From positions 32,001 through 96,000 of the IMG/VR virus record IMGVR_UViG_3300037851_000102: DNA of 64,000 bases. The stretch is one strand, 5' to 3'. Below are positions 10,066 through 19,794 of this stretch, one piece after another. Origin of the DNA: a virus. The notes beneath the pieces were generated by a model. It was not told where the DNA came from, did not search any database, and saw only the letters and a program-made list of their open reading frames with translations. A program made the translations under genes and the position numbers. Numbering within the stretch: the stretch's first letter is position 1; each line of letters opens with the position of its first letter.

Positions 10066-10285
10066 TAACGCGGTTAAGCCTCTCATCACGGTCGGTTGGA
10101 CTTTTATCGAAGATCGGATCGCAGAGAGGTTTACTTCGATCACGCCAGAAGTGGCTCGCAAGGTTGAACTCCTTGAGGTTTTGCTCGCGTCCTTCATTGA
10201 ACACGGGCTCAATCTTGAGAAGTTAAACGAGATTGAAGAACAGATACAGGATTTAAGAAGAGTGACAGGGAGATCGGTGCAGTGA
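10007..10285 (+). CDS. hypothetical protein
   Basis: Probable GTG start after GGAG; fills the gap between recA and sbcD. Confidence 0.55.
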   Translation: MEVRKYIQQRKAEILKRANDNAVKPLITVGWTFIEDRIAERFTSITPEVARKVELLEVLLASFIEHGLNLEKLNEIEEQIQDLRRVTGRSVQ

Positions 10286-11316
10286 ATTTTTTGATGTATT
10301 CAGATTTGCATTTAAGAGAAGAGCGCAAGGAAGATTGCGGTAAAGTTCTTGATAAGGTTTTGGATATCGCTTTGCGAATTCAGGATAAGATCAAGCAAGA
10401 GGTTGTTGTTTTGAACGGTGGAGACACATTCAACACTCGCGGCCTGATCCGAACTTCTTGCTTTGATCTTTTCTATTCTAAATGTCAATTGATGCACGAA
10501 AAAGGATTGAAGAAGATCATCCTTGTTGGCAATCACGATCAAGAGGACAAGGCTGGCGAGATCCACCCTATGCGAGTTTTCTCCAAGTGGAGCGGCTGGT
10601 ATGTGGTGGATAAGCCAATGGTGATTCCAGAATTCAAAAGAACAATCTTCTTCCCGTACATGAGTCCAACGCAAGTGAACGCATGGCTTGATACAGATGA
10701 GTCTGGAGCCAAGTTCAAGGACTATGATGCTTTTGTTCATTGGGGCATTCGTGGAGCGAAGAGAAACGATCACAACACAGACAATGATGGCGTTCCCGTA
10801 GAGTGGCTCGGTGGATTCAGAAATGTTTTTTCAGGCCACTATCATTACAGGAGCGTTTATAAAAACGTCCAGTACATCGGCTCGCCCATCCAACAAAACT
10901 TCGGAGAGATGGGTCAAGAGAAGGGCTTGATGTTCTATTCACAGAAGAGCGGTAAAAAGCAATTCATTGAGCTTAAAGGATTCCCGATCCATCGAGAGAT
11001 CGAATTGGATTCCGCACAACTTGATGACACAGAATTTAAGAATGACATGACCAACGACTTCCTTCGCGTCATTGTGAAGGGAGATGCGGAGTCATGCGCA
11101 AGAGTCACGCAGGGCTGGATCTCTGAAAAGATCAACGCTCGCGATATCAAAATAGAAAGAAAGGTAAGCGAGAAGCATTATTCTCGTTTGAATTTGAAAT
11201 CGACAGATGTTCTTAACCAAGAGCAGATCATGTCGAAGTATGTGGACTTCATCGAAACGAAACTTGATCGCAAGCGTTTGATGGATGTCGGCAGAGAGCT
11301 TGCGGGGTTATCATGA
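10282..11316 (+). CDS. sbcD: SbcD/Mre11/gp47-like metallophosphoesterase nuclease
   Basis: SDLH, GGDTF, GNHD, SGHYH, YIGSP motifs. Confidence 0.92.
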   Translation: MNFLMYSDLHLREERKEDCGKVLDKVLDIALRIQDKIKQEVVVLNGGDTFNTRGLIRTSCFDLFYSKCQLMHEKGLKKIILVGNHDQEDKAGEIHPMRVFSKWSGWYVVDKPMVIPEFKRTIFFPYMSPTQVNAWLDTDESGAKFKDYDAFVHWGIRGAKRNDHNTDNDGVPVEWLGGFRNVFSGHYHYRSVYKNVQYIGSPIQQNFGEMGQEKGLMFYSQKSGKKQFIELKGFPIHREIELDSAQLDDTEFKNDMTNDFLRVIVKGDAESCARVTQGWISEKINARDIKIERKVSEKHYSRLNLKSTDVLNQEQIMSKYVDFIETKLDRKRLMDVGRELAGLS

Positions 11317-11687
11317 GCTATACAGTAAAATCAGTTGGCGCAGCTTCCTTCAAAACTATCGATTTGCAGTGCCCGAAATGTCAGTACGAAGAAGAGCGTT
11401 CAATCGACCTAAGAGGTTGTGACACCGACGAAGAGCGAGAGCAAAGAATGAGCGCCGAACTCAAGTGCCCTAATTGTGAAGAGGCAGAGATGGAGCGCGT
11501 TTGGCGACACGCACCTTCAGTCGGCACAAAGTCTGGTTCAGATGAATATGTCGCTAAGATGAAGAAATCGTTCAAAGAGCGATTCATCAAAAAAGAATTA
11601 GACCAGGTTCGCCACAAGCACGGAAGGCTTTACGACGATGCGGTGAGATCCGCAGCGGCCACTCGAATCAAGAAGGGTGAGGCATGA
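11313..11687 (+). CDS. zinc-ribbon protein (FmdB-like)
   Basis: CPKC...CPNC...MERVW pattern. Confidence 0.65.
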   Translation: MSYTVKSVGAASFKTIDLQCPKCQYEEERSIDLRGCDTDEEREQRMSAELKCPNCEEAEMERVWRHAPSVGTKSGSDEYVAKMKKSFKERFIKKELDQVRHKHGRLYDDAVRSAAATRIKKGEA

Positions 11688-12019
11688 TGGCGTGGCTTCA
11701 TAAGAAGATTCAAGAACAGATGGCCGACAATTCTCAGGTCGTGCCTGAATGTAAATGGTCAGAGCGTGATCGCGCATTCTATATCAATTCGGTCGCAGGG
11801 CTCATCAAATACAAGCCCAAGGACGTGAAGGATTTAAACAGGTTTAGAGACAGATGGGTGAACTTGTTTGAGCAGTACAGATCCACTGCGCTCAATAACA
11901 AAGATCTTGAAAGCATGATGTTTGGGTTCACCAACATGATTCGCAAAGAAGAGCGCGTGAAGTACACGGCGAATATAAGAACAAGACTAAAGGGGACAGC
12001 GTGGACTTTAAGAGTTTAA
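11684..12019 (+). CDS. hypothetical protein
   Basis: 111 aa, translationally coupled. Confidence 0.7.
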   Translation: MMAWLHKKIQEQMADNSQVVPECKWSERDRAFYINSVAGLIKYKPKDVKDLNRFRDRWVNLFEQYRSTALNNKDLESMMFGFTNMIRKEERVKYTANIRTRLKGTAWTLRV

Positions 12020-13767
12020 AGCTCAGAAATTTTATGTCGTATCAGTCACAGGACTTTGATGATCTCTCAGATCCAGAGTTGACACTGATCGAAGGGCCGA
12101 ATGGTTCAGGCAAGTCTTCCATTTGGGATGGAATATCGTGGATACTATTTGGACAGACAGTTCGCGGAGTCAAGAACGACGACGTGATAAATAGAAAGTT
12201 CAAAAAGGATTGCGAAGTTGAATTATCAATACAGCTCAGAGGCGATGAACTCAGAATCAAGCGTTACCGCAAGCATTCTCGTTTTGGTGATCGTCTTTTC
12301 TTTACATATCGTGGAGCTACAACAGAACTCGGCACACTCGCGGATACTCAAAAATCGCTTCTTGAGCTTCTACAAATCGATTTTGAATTATTCCGTTGTT
12401 CAATTTTGTTTGCTCAAGGAGAGACTTTCAATTTTGTCAACGCTGGTAACAAGGCTCAAAAAGAAATTCTATCGAAAGTGATGAGAGTTGATTACTCGAA
12501 TGGTCTCGATGAAGCCAAGAGAATAATCAAGAAGTTCGACAACGAAGCCGCAGAGAATGAGCGCAAGCTCGCAGTATTGAATTCGCACCTTGAAGCGCAA
12601 GTCGATTGGGAATCTGAAATCAAAGAGTTTGAAGATGCGAGACAGGCAGCCATTGATTCGATACAAGAAGACATCGACGCAATCACTTCTGAAATAAAAA
12701 CTGCAAGCGCAAAATTGAAATCATCGACTGAAGACTCAGACTCACAGATGAAGGACTTGAACTTCGCCAAAGAAAAGCTCGAAAAATCCGCAGAGTCCAT
12801 CAAGAACAAATACTTCCAGATACGCTCAAAGGTTGAGGCGCTGAAAGACCAAAACAAAGAGCTTAAAGATCTTTCAGGTGAATGCCCTACTTGTTATCAA
12901 GATATCGACGAAGAGCAGAAGGCCGACATGATTGCGGCCAACGACAAAGAGATCCAGAAGTTGAGCGACGAATTGAAAAGCGTCACCGAATTAGAAAAGA
13001 TCGCGCTCGAAAAAAGAAAAGAGAACTCAGAAAAGATCGAAGCTCTGCGCAACAGATTGGCGGCCAACAAAGCCGTGGTTGAAAAGATCCGTGGACTGAA
13101 TGCTCGCAAGAAAGACTACGAAGCTCGGCTGAAAGAGAAGCAGGATGAAGAGAATCCCGCACTCGCTCGCAAAGAGAAAGATGAAGAGCGCAAGAAGGAG
13201 ATCGCGGCCAAGATCAAGCAGATCGAGAAGAAGCAGATCGAGATCCAGAATCTTCAGCCTTACTACGATTTTTGGGTCAACGCATTTGGTGATTCAGGCA
13301 TCAAGTCTTTCATCTTTGATTTGATATGTTCCAGCCTTACAAATAAGTCGAACAAATATCTCAACATTCTTACAGATGGGGCGATCACAATCTCGTTCGA
13401 CACACAGAAGAAGCTGAAGACTGGAGAGCTTCGAGAGAAGTTTGATTGCGAGATACTAAAGGACGGGGAGCGCGTCGAATACGAATCATATTCAGGCGGA
13501 GAGAAGCGCAGGATATCGCTCGCAGTGGACATGGCATTGAGTGAGATCATGTCAGAGTATTACGGCCAGAAGTTTAGCATGGTCGTGTTCGATGAGCAGA
13601 CAGGTTACATGGACGAAGGCGGAAGAGTTGGATTCATGAATTTGCTGCGTGAAATCGCCAGAGAGAAGCGCGTGTTCGTGGTGGATCATGATGCTGAGTT
13701 CAAGGCGATGTTTGATATGGTTTGGACAGTTCAAAAGAAATCAGGAATTTCAAGGGTTATAGCATGA
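12001..13767 (+). CDS. sbcC: SbcC/Rad50/gp46-like SMC ATPase
   Basis: GPNGSGKS, coiled coils with a CPTC zinc hook, YSGGE signature, VVFDE Walker B. Confidence 0.95.
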   Translation: MDFKSLKLRNFMSYQSQDFDDLSDPELTLIEGPNGSGKSSIWDGISWILFGQTVRGVKNDDVINRKFKKDCEVELSIQLRGDELRIKRYRKHSRFGDRLFFTYRGATTELGTLADTQKSLLELLQIDFELFRCSILFAQGETFNFVNAGNKAQKEILSKVMRVDYSNGLDEAKRIIKKFDNEAAENERKLAVLNSHLEAQVDWESEIKEFEDARQAAIDSIQEDIDAITSEIKTASAKLKSSTEDSDSQMKDLNFAKEKLEKSAESIKNKYFQIRSKVEALKDQNKELKDLSGECPTCYQDIDEEQKADMIAANDKEIQKLSDELKSVTELEKIALEKRKENSEKIEALRNRLAANKAVVEKIRGLNARKKDYEARLKEKQDEENPALARKEKDEERKKEIAAKIKQIEKKQIEIQNLQPYYDFWVNAFGDSGIKSFIFDLICSSLTNKSNKYLNILTDGAITISFDTQKKLKTGELREKFDCEILKDGERVEYESYSGGEKRRISLAVDMALSEIMSEYYGQKFSMVVFDEQTGYMDEGGRVGFMNLLREIAREKRVFVVDHDAEFKAMFDMVWTVQKKSGISRVIA

Positions 13768-14003
13768 GTTTAAGAGGGACATACATTGAAAAGTGTAAAC
13801 ACATTTTAAATTGGGCAGATGAGCATCCAGAGTTCGACGAAGGATTTATTAAGAGCGTTCTTTCGCAGATGGAGCATGGCAATCGTGAGCCCACAGATAA
13901 ACAGGCAAACGCAATCGACAACATTATTGGGCGATTCAAGATTGATCTTCCAGATCCAGAGATGGATGCGCGAAGATTTGAAATGGATTTGGAAGAGTTA
14001 TGA
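13764..14003 (+). CDS. hypothetical protein with variant C-terminal tag
   Basis: ATGA-coupled start; ends RRFEMDLEEL*. Confidence 0.7.
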   Translation: MSLRGTYIEKCKHILNWADEHPEFDEGFIKSVLSQMEHGNREPTDKQANAIDNIIGRFKIDLPDPEMDARRFEMDLEEL

Positions 14004-14311
14004 GTGTCATCGAAGATTTAAAAACAGTGGAGAACAGGGTTAAAGTTATTCTCATCAAATATCCAGAGACTCGAAACAACGATAAGAAATTGTGGCTCGC
14101 ATACAATCTTTTGCACAACGATTTAAAGCCAGTTGTTAAGACGGGAGATTGGGAGACGTTCAGGGTTTGGATTATGAGCAAAAAGACACCAATGTTTGAA
14201 TCATTGAGTCGCGCTCGCAGAAAGATCCAAGAAGATCATCCAGTCCTGGCTGGAGCAAAGAAGAAGCGTTTGAAGATCGCTGAAGAAGTGAAAGAGTGGT
14301 CGCGCACATGA
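14000..14311 (+). CDS. hypothetical protein
   Basis: 103 aa; YPETRNND and ESLSRARRKIQ motifs. Confidence 0.75.
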   Translation: MSVIEDLKTVENRVKVILIKYPETRNNDKKLWLAYNLLHNDLKPVVKTGDWETFRVWIMSKKTPMFESLSRARRKIQEDHPVLAGAKKKRLKIAEEVKEWSRT

Positions 14312-14796
14312 GAGAAACTAATTTCAACACCGAAGTTATGAACAGCCTGAAGAAGTTTGGAGCGTGGGCGTACAAGATCGCAGACTCACCGACATCATGG
14401 ACTATGGCGGCCACAAGGTTCACGCCAGAAAAGCCGTGCGATATTATTGCTTGTTACGATGGGAAGTTTCTCGCAATTGAAGGCAAGCAGATTAAGAAGT
14501 TCAAGGCGTTCGGCATGAGCGACATGAGACCAGCACAGATCAAAAACTTAACTGAAGTGATAGAGAGAGGCGGCAGGGCATTCATCTTTCTGAATGTCAG
14601 GATACCAGCAATCAAGGGTAAGCAGAAGCGTGAGAACCGTCTTCTGATTTTTGATTGGGCAATGTGGAAGGATCGCTTAGAGCGCGAATCGATCAAAAAG
14701 GGGGAGCTTGAGATCTCTCCATACTACTCGACGATCAAGATCGGGGACGACAGGTATTATGATCTCAGAGTTTTTATAAAGAAGTTGAGGGAATAG
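14308..14796 (+). CDS. Holliday junction resolvase-like PD-(D/E)xK nuclease
   Basis: E...PCDIIA...AIEGK...Q pattern, as in RecU/Hjc-like nucleases. Confidence 0.75.
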   Translation: MRETNFNTEVMNSLKKFGAWAYKIADSPTSWTMAATRFTPEKPCDIIACYDGKFLAIEGKQIKKFKAFGMSDMRPAQIKNLTEVIERGGRAFIFLNVRIPAIKGKQKRENRLLIFDWAMWKDRLERESIKKGELEISPYYSTIKIGDDRYYDLRVFIKKLRE

Positions 14797-15111
14797 ATGA
14801 GTGACCAATTGCGAGATCAGCTTAATAACCTGACCAGCGGCATAGCAACTTCGATGGATATGAGCGAAATGCTTTCGTATTCAATTTGGGGAGCGGCGGT
14901 CACGACAACAAGAGCCTTTGAGAAAGTGACTCTCAGGGTGGACACCAACAGCAACAGGATATTCGTATCAGTTAAGCTGCGTTGGTGGGCGACGTTTGAA
15001 AAGTTTAAGAGGCTTCAGGATGCGTGGCTTTCACGGTGCGAGGATCGCGTGAAGGAGCATATTCCTGAAGGTTGGAAGGTTTTGGTTTATTACGAAAGGA
15101 GCAAGAAATGA
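14797..15111 (+). CDS. hypothetical protein
   Basis: 104 aa ORF with a ribosome-binding site. Confidence 0.7.
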   Translation: MSDQLRDQLNNLTSGIATSMDMSEMLSYSIWGAAVTTTRAFEKVTLRVDTNSNRIFVSVKLRWWATFEKFKRLQDAWLSRCEDRVKEHIPEGWKVLVYYERSKK

Positions 15112-15338
15112 AAGAGCAAATTCAGGCGATTGCAGAAGCAGTGGCGGCCTCAGAGGGCACACTCGATGTGAAATCAACGATCACAATGATGCTTGATGTG
15201 ATGGCGCTTCAAGCATCAAAGATTGAGGATCTTGAAAAAGGCCAACAAAGGATGCGAGAAGCGTTCTCAACAATCTCAAGTGGCGGCAAGATTCCAACAC
15301 AAATGGGTGGTAGCAATGGCGGCTTCAGCATCGGGTAG
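15108..15338 (+). CDS. hypothetical protein
   Basis: AAGGAG ribosome-binding site; ATGA-coupled. Confidence 0.7.
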   Translation: MKEQIQAIAEAVAASEGTLDVKSTITMMLDVMALQASKIEDLEKGQQRMREAFSTISSGGKIPTQMGGSNGGFSIG

Positions 15339-15711
15339 GTTCGTTAGAAACGAAGAGTCCAAGAGAGTTTTCAAGAAGTGGATGAACCTAATCGACAATG
15401 GGGAGAAATACTACTTTGCCAAAGCTGCGGATCTCTTCAGTGATCTTCCAGCGCGTCATCAATCAGCATTCATAAAATACTTTGCTGATAAGGTGAACGT
15501 GAAGTTTTGGCTGGACAATTGGCACGATAGTACGCAGTATCGTGATGTATTACGTTCGATTCTGTTTTATTATTCTGGTCGCGAAAAAGCGAAAGATCCG
15601 AATAAGAAAGAGTTCAGAAATGAGCTTATGGAATTCATGAGGAGTGATGAGTTCAAATCTGGCGTAAAACATGAGGCAAAAGAATTTAAAGAAGGATTGG
15701 AAAGCTTATGA
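15316..15711 (+). CDS. hypothetical protein with C-terminal tag
   Basis: Ends KEFKEGLESL*; start position uncertain. Confidence 0.7.
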   Translation: MAASASGRFVRNEESKRVFKKWMNLIDNGEKYYFAKAADLFSDLPARHQSAFIKYFADKVNVKFWLDNWHDSTQYRDVLRSILFYYSGREKAKDPNKKEFRNELMEFMRSDEFKSGVKHEAKEFKEGLESL

Positions 15712-16712
15712 ACACAGAAGTACAACAACAGAAAGCGCCAGTGGCGAAAACTGCATATCAGATGGAGAAGGACATGAAGCACACTCACTATCTTGAATGC
15801 AAAAAAGAAATCGAAAAACTCAAGGCAAAGACCGATTCGCAACACCGATTGCTTCAATCGATCCACGTTTTGATGAAGAACTATCTTGCCAAGCAAGAGG
15901 CAATCTCAGATGCGCTAATCGGCGCTGGAGTGATCTCTGAACAAGATCTCAACGCGAAGATCGATGCAAATTTGGGTCTTCGAGAGTTGTTTGGTGATGA
16001 TGAAATCAAGATTGGTGACGTTGTTTGGGTGAAGTACACGGCAACAGTATCAGGAAGTGATCGCAAGTTTGAAGATGGCAATCTTCCCGTTCGAGTTGGC
16101 GCAAACGCAGTTGTGTTTGAACCAGCACTTGTCGGCAAGAAGGTCGGCATGAAGGGCGTTCATTTTACTGCAACACTAAAATCAGGCGAGTTCGCAGGCC
16201 AAGATATGATCTTTGATATCGAAATCTTGAAGGCAAAAACAAAACTCGCGCTCGCGACAGAAGGAGTTACGAATGGAGAACAATCAGGAGAACAACAGCA
16301 ATCTGGATCTCAAGGGGGAGACGAATCTTCTTCTCACGCTGAAGGACAAGGACACGGAGAATCAGGTGCAAGTGGACATAGCACTGTTTCAGAAGCAGGA
16401 CTCAGTGTCGTTGGTGAAGGAAGCAACGGAAGCGGTGAAAACGGCGCTGATCCGAATGGGGTTGGTGCAGGAGAGCGAAGTGAAGCTGGAGACACAGGTT
16501 CACACGATAGCGTACAGAGTGAACAATTAAACGAAGGAGCAGATATGAACGGCGAAGAGAAAAAACCAGAGCAGCAAGAACAAGATCTTACACACCACAA
16601 GACAGAAACCACAGATGTTCTTGTGAAAGCTGAACGTCCCGCTGAGGATTTTATGAGCCAACACGACTTGGACAAAGAGACTCACGGTAAAAAAGAAGAA
16701 GAAAAACAATAG
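15708..16712 (+). CDS. protein with a trigger-factor-like FKBP domain and low-complexity tail
   Basis: IKIGDVVWVKY...FEPALVGKKVG...FAGQDMIFDIEI resembles the FKBP domain of trigger factor. Confidence 0.65.
   Translation: MNTEVQQQKAPVAKTAYQMEKDMKHTHYLECKKEIEKLKAKTDSQHRLLQSIHVLMKNYLAKQEAISDALIGAGVISEQDLNAKIDANLGLRELFGDDEIKIGDVVWVKYTATVSGSDRKFEDGNLPVRVGANAVVFEPALVGKKVGMKGVHFTATLKSGEFAGQDMIFDIEILKAKTKLALATEGVTNGEQSGEQQQSGSQGGDESSSHAEGQGHGESGASGHSTVSEAGLSVVGEGSNGSGENGADPNGVGAGERSEAGDTGSHDSVQSEQLNEGADMNGEEKKPEQQEQDLTHHKTETTDVLVKAERPAEDFMSQHDLDKETHGKKEEEKQ
16273..16530 (+). CDS. hypothetical protein nested out of frame in 15708..16712
   Basis: AAGGAG at 16261 followed by ATG; ordinary globular amino-acid composition. 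Confidence 0.6.
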   Translation: MENNQENNSNLDLKGETNLLLTLKDKDTENQVQVDIALFQKQDSVSLVKEATEAVKTALIRMGLVQESEVKLETQVHTIAYRVNN

Positions 16713-16720
16713 TTTACAAA

Positions 16721-16737
16721 CTGAGACGTAGAAGTTG
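16721..16737 (-). repeat. dispersed motif copy (parS-like), intergenic
   Basis: Reverse complement CAACTTCTACGTCTCAG is identical to 46235..46251. Confidence 0.6.
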
Positions 16738-16739
16738 AT

Positions 16740-16988
16740 ATGAAGAAGGTTGTCTATAAGTCAGATTTAAAGGGAGTTGAGGCTCGCGCAAAGGCGGCCA
16801 AAAACTCTCTCATCGTGATGGGAAGATCCAAAAAGAAATTGTGGGTCAAGAACTTGGAACTCGAAGGAGTGGAACTCAAGTTCGATCCCGAAACCGAAAT
16901 GGTCACGATGAGCTTCCCTTTGCGGCAGGGTGAATTCCTTGCAATCCAAGACGAGCAGGCAATGGCTGAACAGAAGGAGCTTGGATGA
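16740..16988 (+). CDS. hypothetical protein
   Basis: 82 aa, coupled to the ParB-like gene. Confidence 0.7.
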   Translation: MKKVVYKSDLKGVEARAKAAKNSLIVMGRSKKKLWVKNLELEGVELKFDPETEMVTMSFPLRQGEFLAIQDEQAMAEQKELG

Positions 16989-17887
16989 GCAACGTGATTG
17001 AGGTCTGCAAAGTAAACTCATACGCAGACATATCGAAACTGAAATTCCATCCTAAAAACCCGCGCACGATCAAGGTTGATCGCCTCGAGCAATTGAAGGA
17101 TTCGATCATCAAGAAGGGCTTTTATCAGCCAATTCTTGTTTGGAAGAAGGGCGGGATCGTTCTTGCAGGCAATCACAGACTTCTTGCGGCTCAAGAGTTG
17201 GTTAAGGAAGGTTGGACGTTCAAATCGCCAGAGGGCAAGGAGAACGTGCTTCCTATCGTGATGGAAGATGTGAGCGATGAGGTCGCAGAGCAGATTCTTT
17301 TTGAAACCAACAACACCTATGCTGAATGGGTGGAAGATAAGCTGAGAGATGCGATCCAGAGCGCAGAGCAGAAGGGTCGTTCGATATCTTCATTTGGATT
17401 CACGACGGACTATGTGGACAACCTTTTGGCTTCGGCAATTGACGACGCTGAGAAGGCCACGAAGAAGATCCGTGATTCTATGGATGAAGAGGGCTCAGAT
17501 GATCTTGATAAGCTCATGGCTGAAACGGCAGATGAAGAGGAGTTTGAGTCCTTAATTCTGCCAAAATCGGTTTACACCAAGCTCACAGCACTTTTGGCCG
17601 ACATATCAGAGGCGTTGGTTCCAGAGTGGCATGAGGGTGATGGTTATAAAGAGGCGGTTCTTGCGCTTTTGCAGGCCGCTGACGAGACCGAGATCACGGA
17701 GCATATCAAGAGCAGGCTTGCGAGCGAAGAGCTTGCTGACGCGCCTGTTATTGACGTTGAAACGGAATCAGACTCCATTGGGGAGCCTGAAGAAAACGAA
17801 GGAGAAGAAGATATGGCAAAAACTACAAAAGCCAAAACTAAGAAGACGGCTACAAAGAAAAACAAGAAGACAAAAGCAAAAGCATAA
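16985..17887 (+). CDS. ParB N-terminal (ParB/Srx) domain protein
   Basis: HPKNPR, SI..KGFYQPILV, VLAGNHRLLAA; basic C-terminal tail. Confidence 0.85.
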   Translation: MSNVIEVCKVNSYADISKLKFHPKNPRTIKVDRLEQLKDSIIKKGFYQPILVWKKGGIVLAGNHRLLAAQELVKEGWTFKSPEGKENVLPIVMEDVSDEVAEQILFETNNTYAEWVEDKLRDAIQSAEQKGRSISSFGFTTDYVDNLLASAIDDAEKATKKIRDSMDEEGSDDLDKLMAETADEEEFESLILPKSVYTKLTALLADISEALVPEWHEGDGYKEAVLALLQAADETEITEHIKSRLASEELADAPVIDVETESDSIGEPEENEGEEDMAKTTKAKTKKTATKKNKKTKAKA

Positions 17888-17918
17888 TTTACATTATGCG
17901 GCAGACTGTGGGGCAGCT

Positions 17919-18230
17919 ATGGAATCCAAAATAAACGACGATAAGAGAAAACGACTCATGCGAGTGATGTTCGGGCCGATTGAGGTGCCCGCATGGGTCA
18001 TTAAACAGGTCTTCGAGAAACTTCCTGAAGATGCGGTCATGATTACGCATATTCACGATCCACAAAGATTGCAATGGGGATGGATTATTGCATCGATGGA
18101 ATTCCCAGTTGTGGAAGAGGGAGCAGTGTTACCGCCAGCGGTTGTATCGGTGGACGGAGTGAAGAAGACGGTTGAAATTACGAGACCAGTGACAGTGGAC
18201 TCATTTGAAGACGCATTGAAGGCACTATGA
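17919..18230 (+). CDS. hypothetical protein with C-terminal tag
   Basis: Ends DSFEDALKAL*. Confidence 0.75.
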   Translation: MESKINDDKRKRLMRVMFGPIEVPAWVIKQVFEKLPEDAVMITHIHDPQRLQWGWIIASMEFPVVEEGAVLPPAVVSVDGVKKTVEITRPVTVDSFEDALKAL

Positions 18231-18490
18231 GTGAGAATGAAACTGAAACAATAAAATTTCTGCGCGAGAAACTGGCTGAAGCGCAGGTTCAAAACGACAA
18301 ACTTCAAGCGGCACTTGAATCGGCGAAATCTGATATTAAAAACGCTACAAATCTAATTATCGACTTCATTGCGGAGTATTCCACGCCGAACAATTCACTG
18401 AAGACAGAGGACGCATTGGGCGGTCTCAAGAACTTCATAAGAGAGCGGTGTGATAGTGGATCCGAAAAACAAGCTGCGCCAAACGCTTGA
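18227..18490 (+). CDS. hypothetical coiled-coil protein (no tag)
   Basis: 87 aa, ATGA-coupled. Confidence 0.7.
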   Translation: MSENETETIKFLREKLAEAQVQNDKLQAALESAKSDIKNATNLIIDFIAEYSTPNNSLKTEDALGGLKNFIRERCDSGSEKQAAPNA

Positions 18491-18725
18491 ACACGCGATA
18501 GAGCAAATCAACAGAGATCCGCATCTGGTTCGTTCACACACAGTTGATGCACTTGCAGAGCAAGTTGGGCTCAAACGACGACAAGGGGAGCCTGACAATG
18601 TTCTTTGGGCTCGAATTGAGGGCTCAGGTCGGCTTGATGATTTACGCAAAGAGCTTATGGATAAAATGAATTCGCTTGGCAATGATGAGGTACGAGACTT
18701 TGAATCAGCACTGAAAAACTTGTGA
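18450..18725 (+). CDS. hypothetical protein with C-terminal tag and baseplate-like motif
   Basis: VDALAEQVGLKRRQGEPDNVLWARI; ends RDFESALKNL*. Confidence 0.75.
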   Translation: MIVDPKNKLRQTLEHAIEQINRDPHLVRSHTVDALAEQVGLKRRQGEPDNVLWARIEGSGRLDDLRKELMDKMNSLGNDEVRDFESALKNL

Positions 18726-18731
18726 GGATGT

Positions 18732-19049
18732 ATGAAGCTGAGGGCGAGAAGCAAATTAGAGGATTCAAAAGAGGTTGAACTTTCAATGGAATCACTCGGC
18801 AAATTGTTGGCGGATGGTCTGAATGGAGTCTTCGAGAAGATCCACACAGATGATTGGAAGAAGTTTTCGTTGAAACTTGAATTCTATGCCAAAACAGATA
18901 GCAACGGCGTGTCAATTGCAAATCTTACATTATCTGAAACGACAAGTGGAGAGAAACCCGCTAACATTAAAAAAGCAGGGAAGCGGGTTGAGGGCTCCAC
19001 GGACGGGGCCGCTATTGTTGATTTTCTTGAGGGCTTGAAAAAGCTATGA
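18732..19049 (+). CDS. hypothetical protein with C-terminal tag
   Basis: Ends VDFLEGLKKL*. Confidence 0.75.
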   Translation: MKLRARSKLEDSKEVELSMESLGKLLADGLNGVFEKIHTDDWKKFSLKLEFYAKTDSNGVSIANLTLSETTSGEKPANIKKAGKRVEGSTDGAAIVDFLEGLKKL

Positions 19050-19450
19050 GTGAATCGGTGAAGCGGCCTTTGTTGATGGTTAAGCCCGAACTCGTTGCAA
19101 TGATCGACGATTGGGAGCGCATACGCGGCTCGAAGAGCGATGTAGAGCGCAGAAGACGGGAGCAAGAAGAGATTGCGAAGCTGCCCGTTTTAGATAGGCT
19201 CAAGCGCGAAATTTCAATTGGTGACAGAATAAAATTCGTCACAGCACAGAAGAACCGCAAAGCCGCGCTCGACAAGGAGTATGAGGTCTTATCAAAGCGG
19301 CGATACTGCACGAATCATGATGGTGGAGAGGTTGCGATCCTTTGTGATGATGGGAAGATTCGCGGATACTCGACCAGAAAAGTTGAAGTTATCAATCCAC
19401 AAAAACTCAGCGAAATAGAGCAGTTTTCAAACGCATTGGAGCTTTTATGA
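19046..19450 (+). CDS. hypothetical protein, possible SH3-like domain, with C-terminal tag
   Basis: ISIGDRIKF...KEYEV...ILCDDG; ends EQFSNALELL*. Confidence 0.75.
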   Translation: MSESVKRPLLMVKPELVAMIDDWERIRGSKSDVERRRREQEEIAKLPVLDRLKREISIGDRIKFVTAQKNRKAALDKEYEVLSKRRYCTNHDGGEVAILCDDGKIRGYSTRKVEVINPQKLSEIEQFSNALELL

Positions 19451-19794
19451 GCGAAACCATGCGGATGTTCACGCTTTATGTGGTGGAGAAGGAGACTGGA
19501 GAGCGGATTGCGATCCGTCCAGGTCTCATTTTTGAAGAAGAGCCAACAGCGGGAATCGCAAATCGTTTCACGATCAAGGCACTGAACACAGAGAAGCGCG
19601 AAGTGATTATTGAAGCACACGCATTCAAATCAGAGGTCACAGAATCGTGGGACAAGTTCGTTAAAATGGTCGCAGATGGCGAGTTAAAGCTCGTTAATTC
19701 AGAGAATGTGATCCGCGAGATGCGAGAGGCAAGAGAGCAGGGCAAGAGCGAGCAATCGGCCAAGGATTTTGAGGATGCGCTTAAAAATTTATAG
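19447..19794 (+). CDS. hypothetical protein with C-terminal tag
   Basis: Ends KDFEDALKNL*. Confidence 0.75.
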   Translation: MSETMRMFTLYVVEKETGERIAIRPGLIFEEEPTAGIANRFTIKALNTEKREVIIEAHAFKSEVTESWDKFVKMVADGELKLVNSENVIREMREAREQGKSEQSAKDFEDALKNL

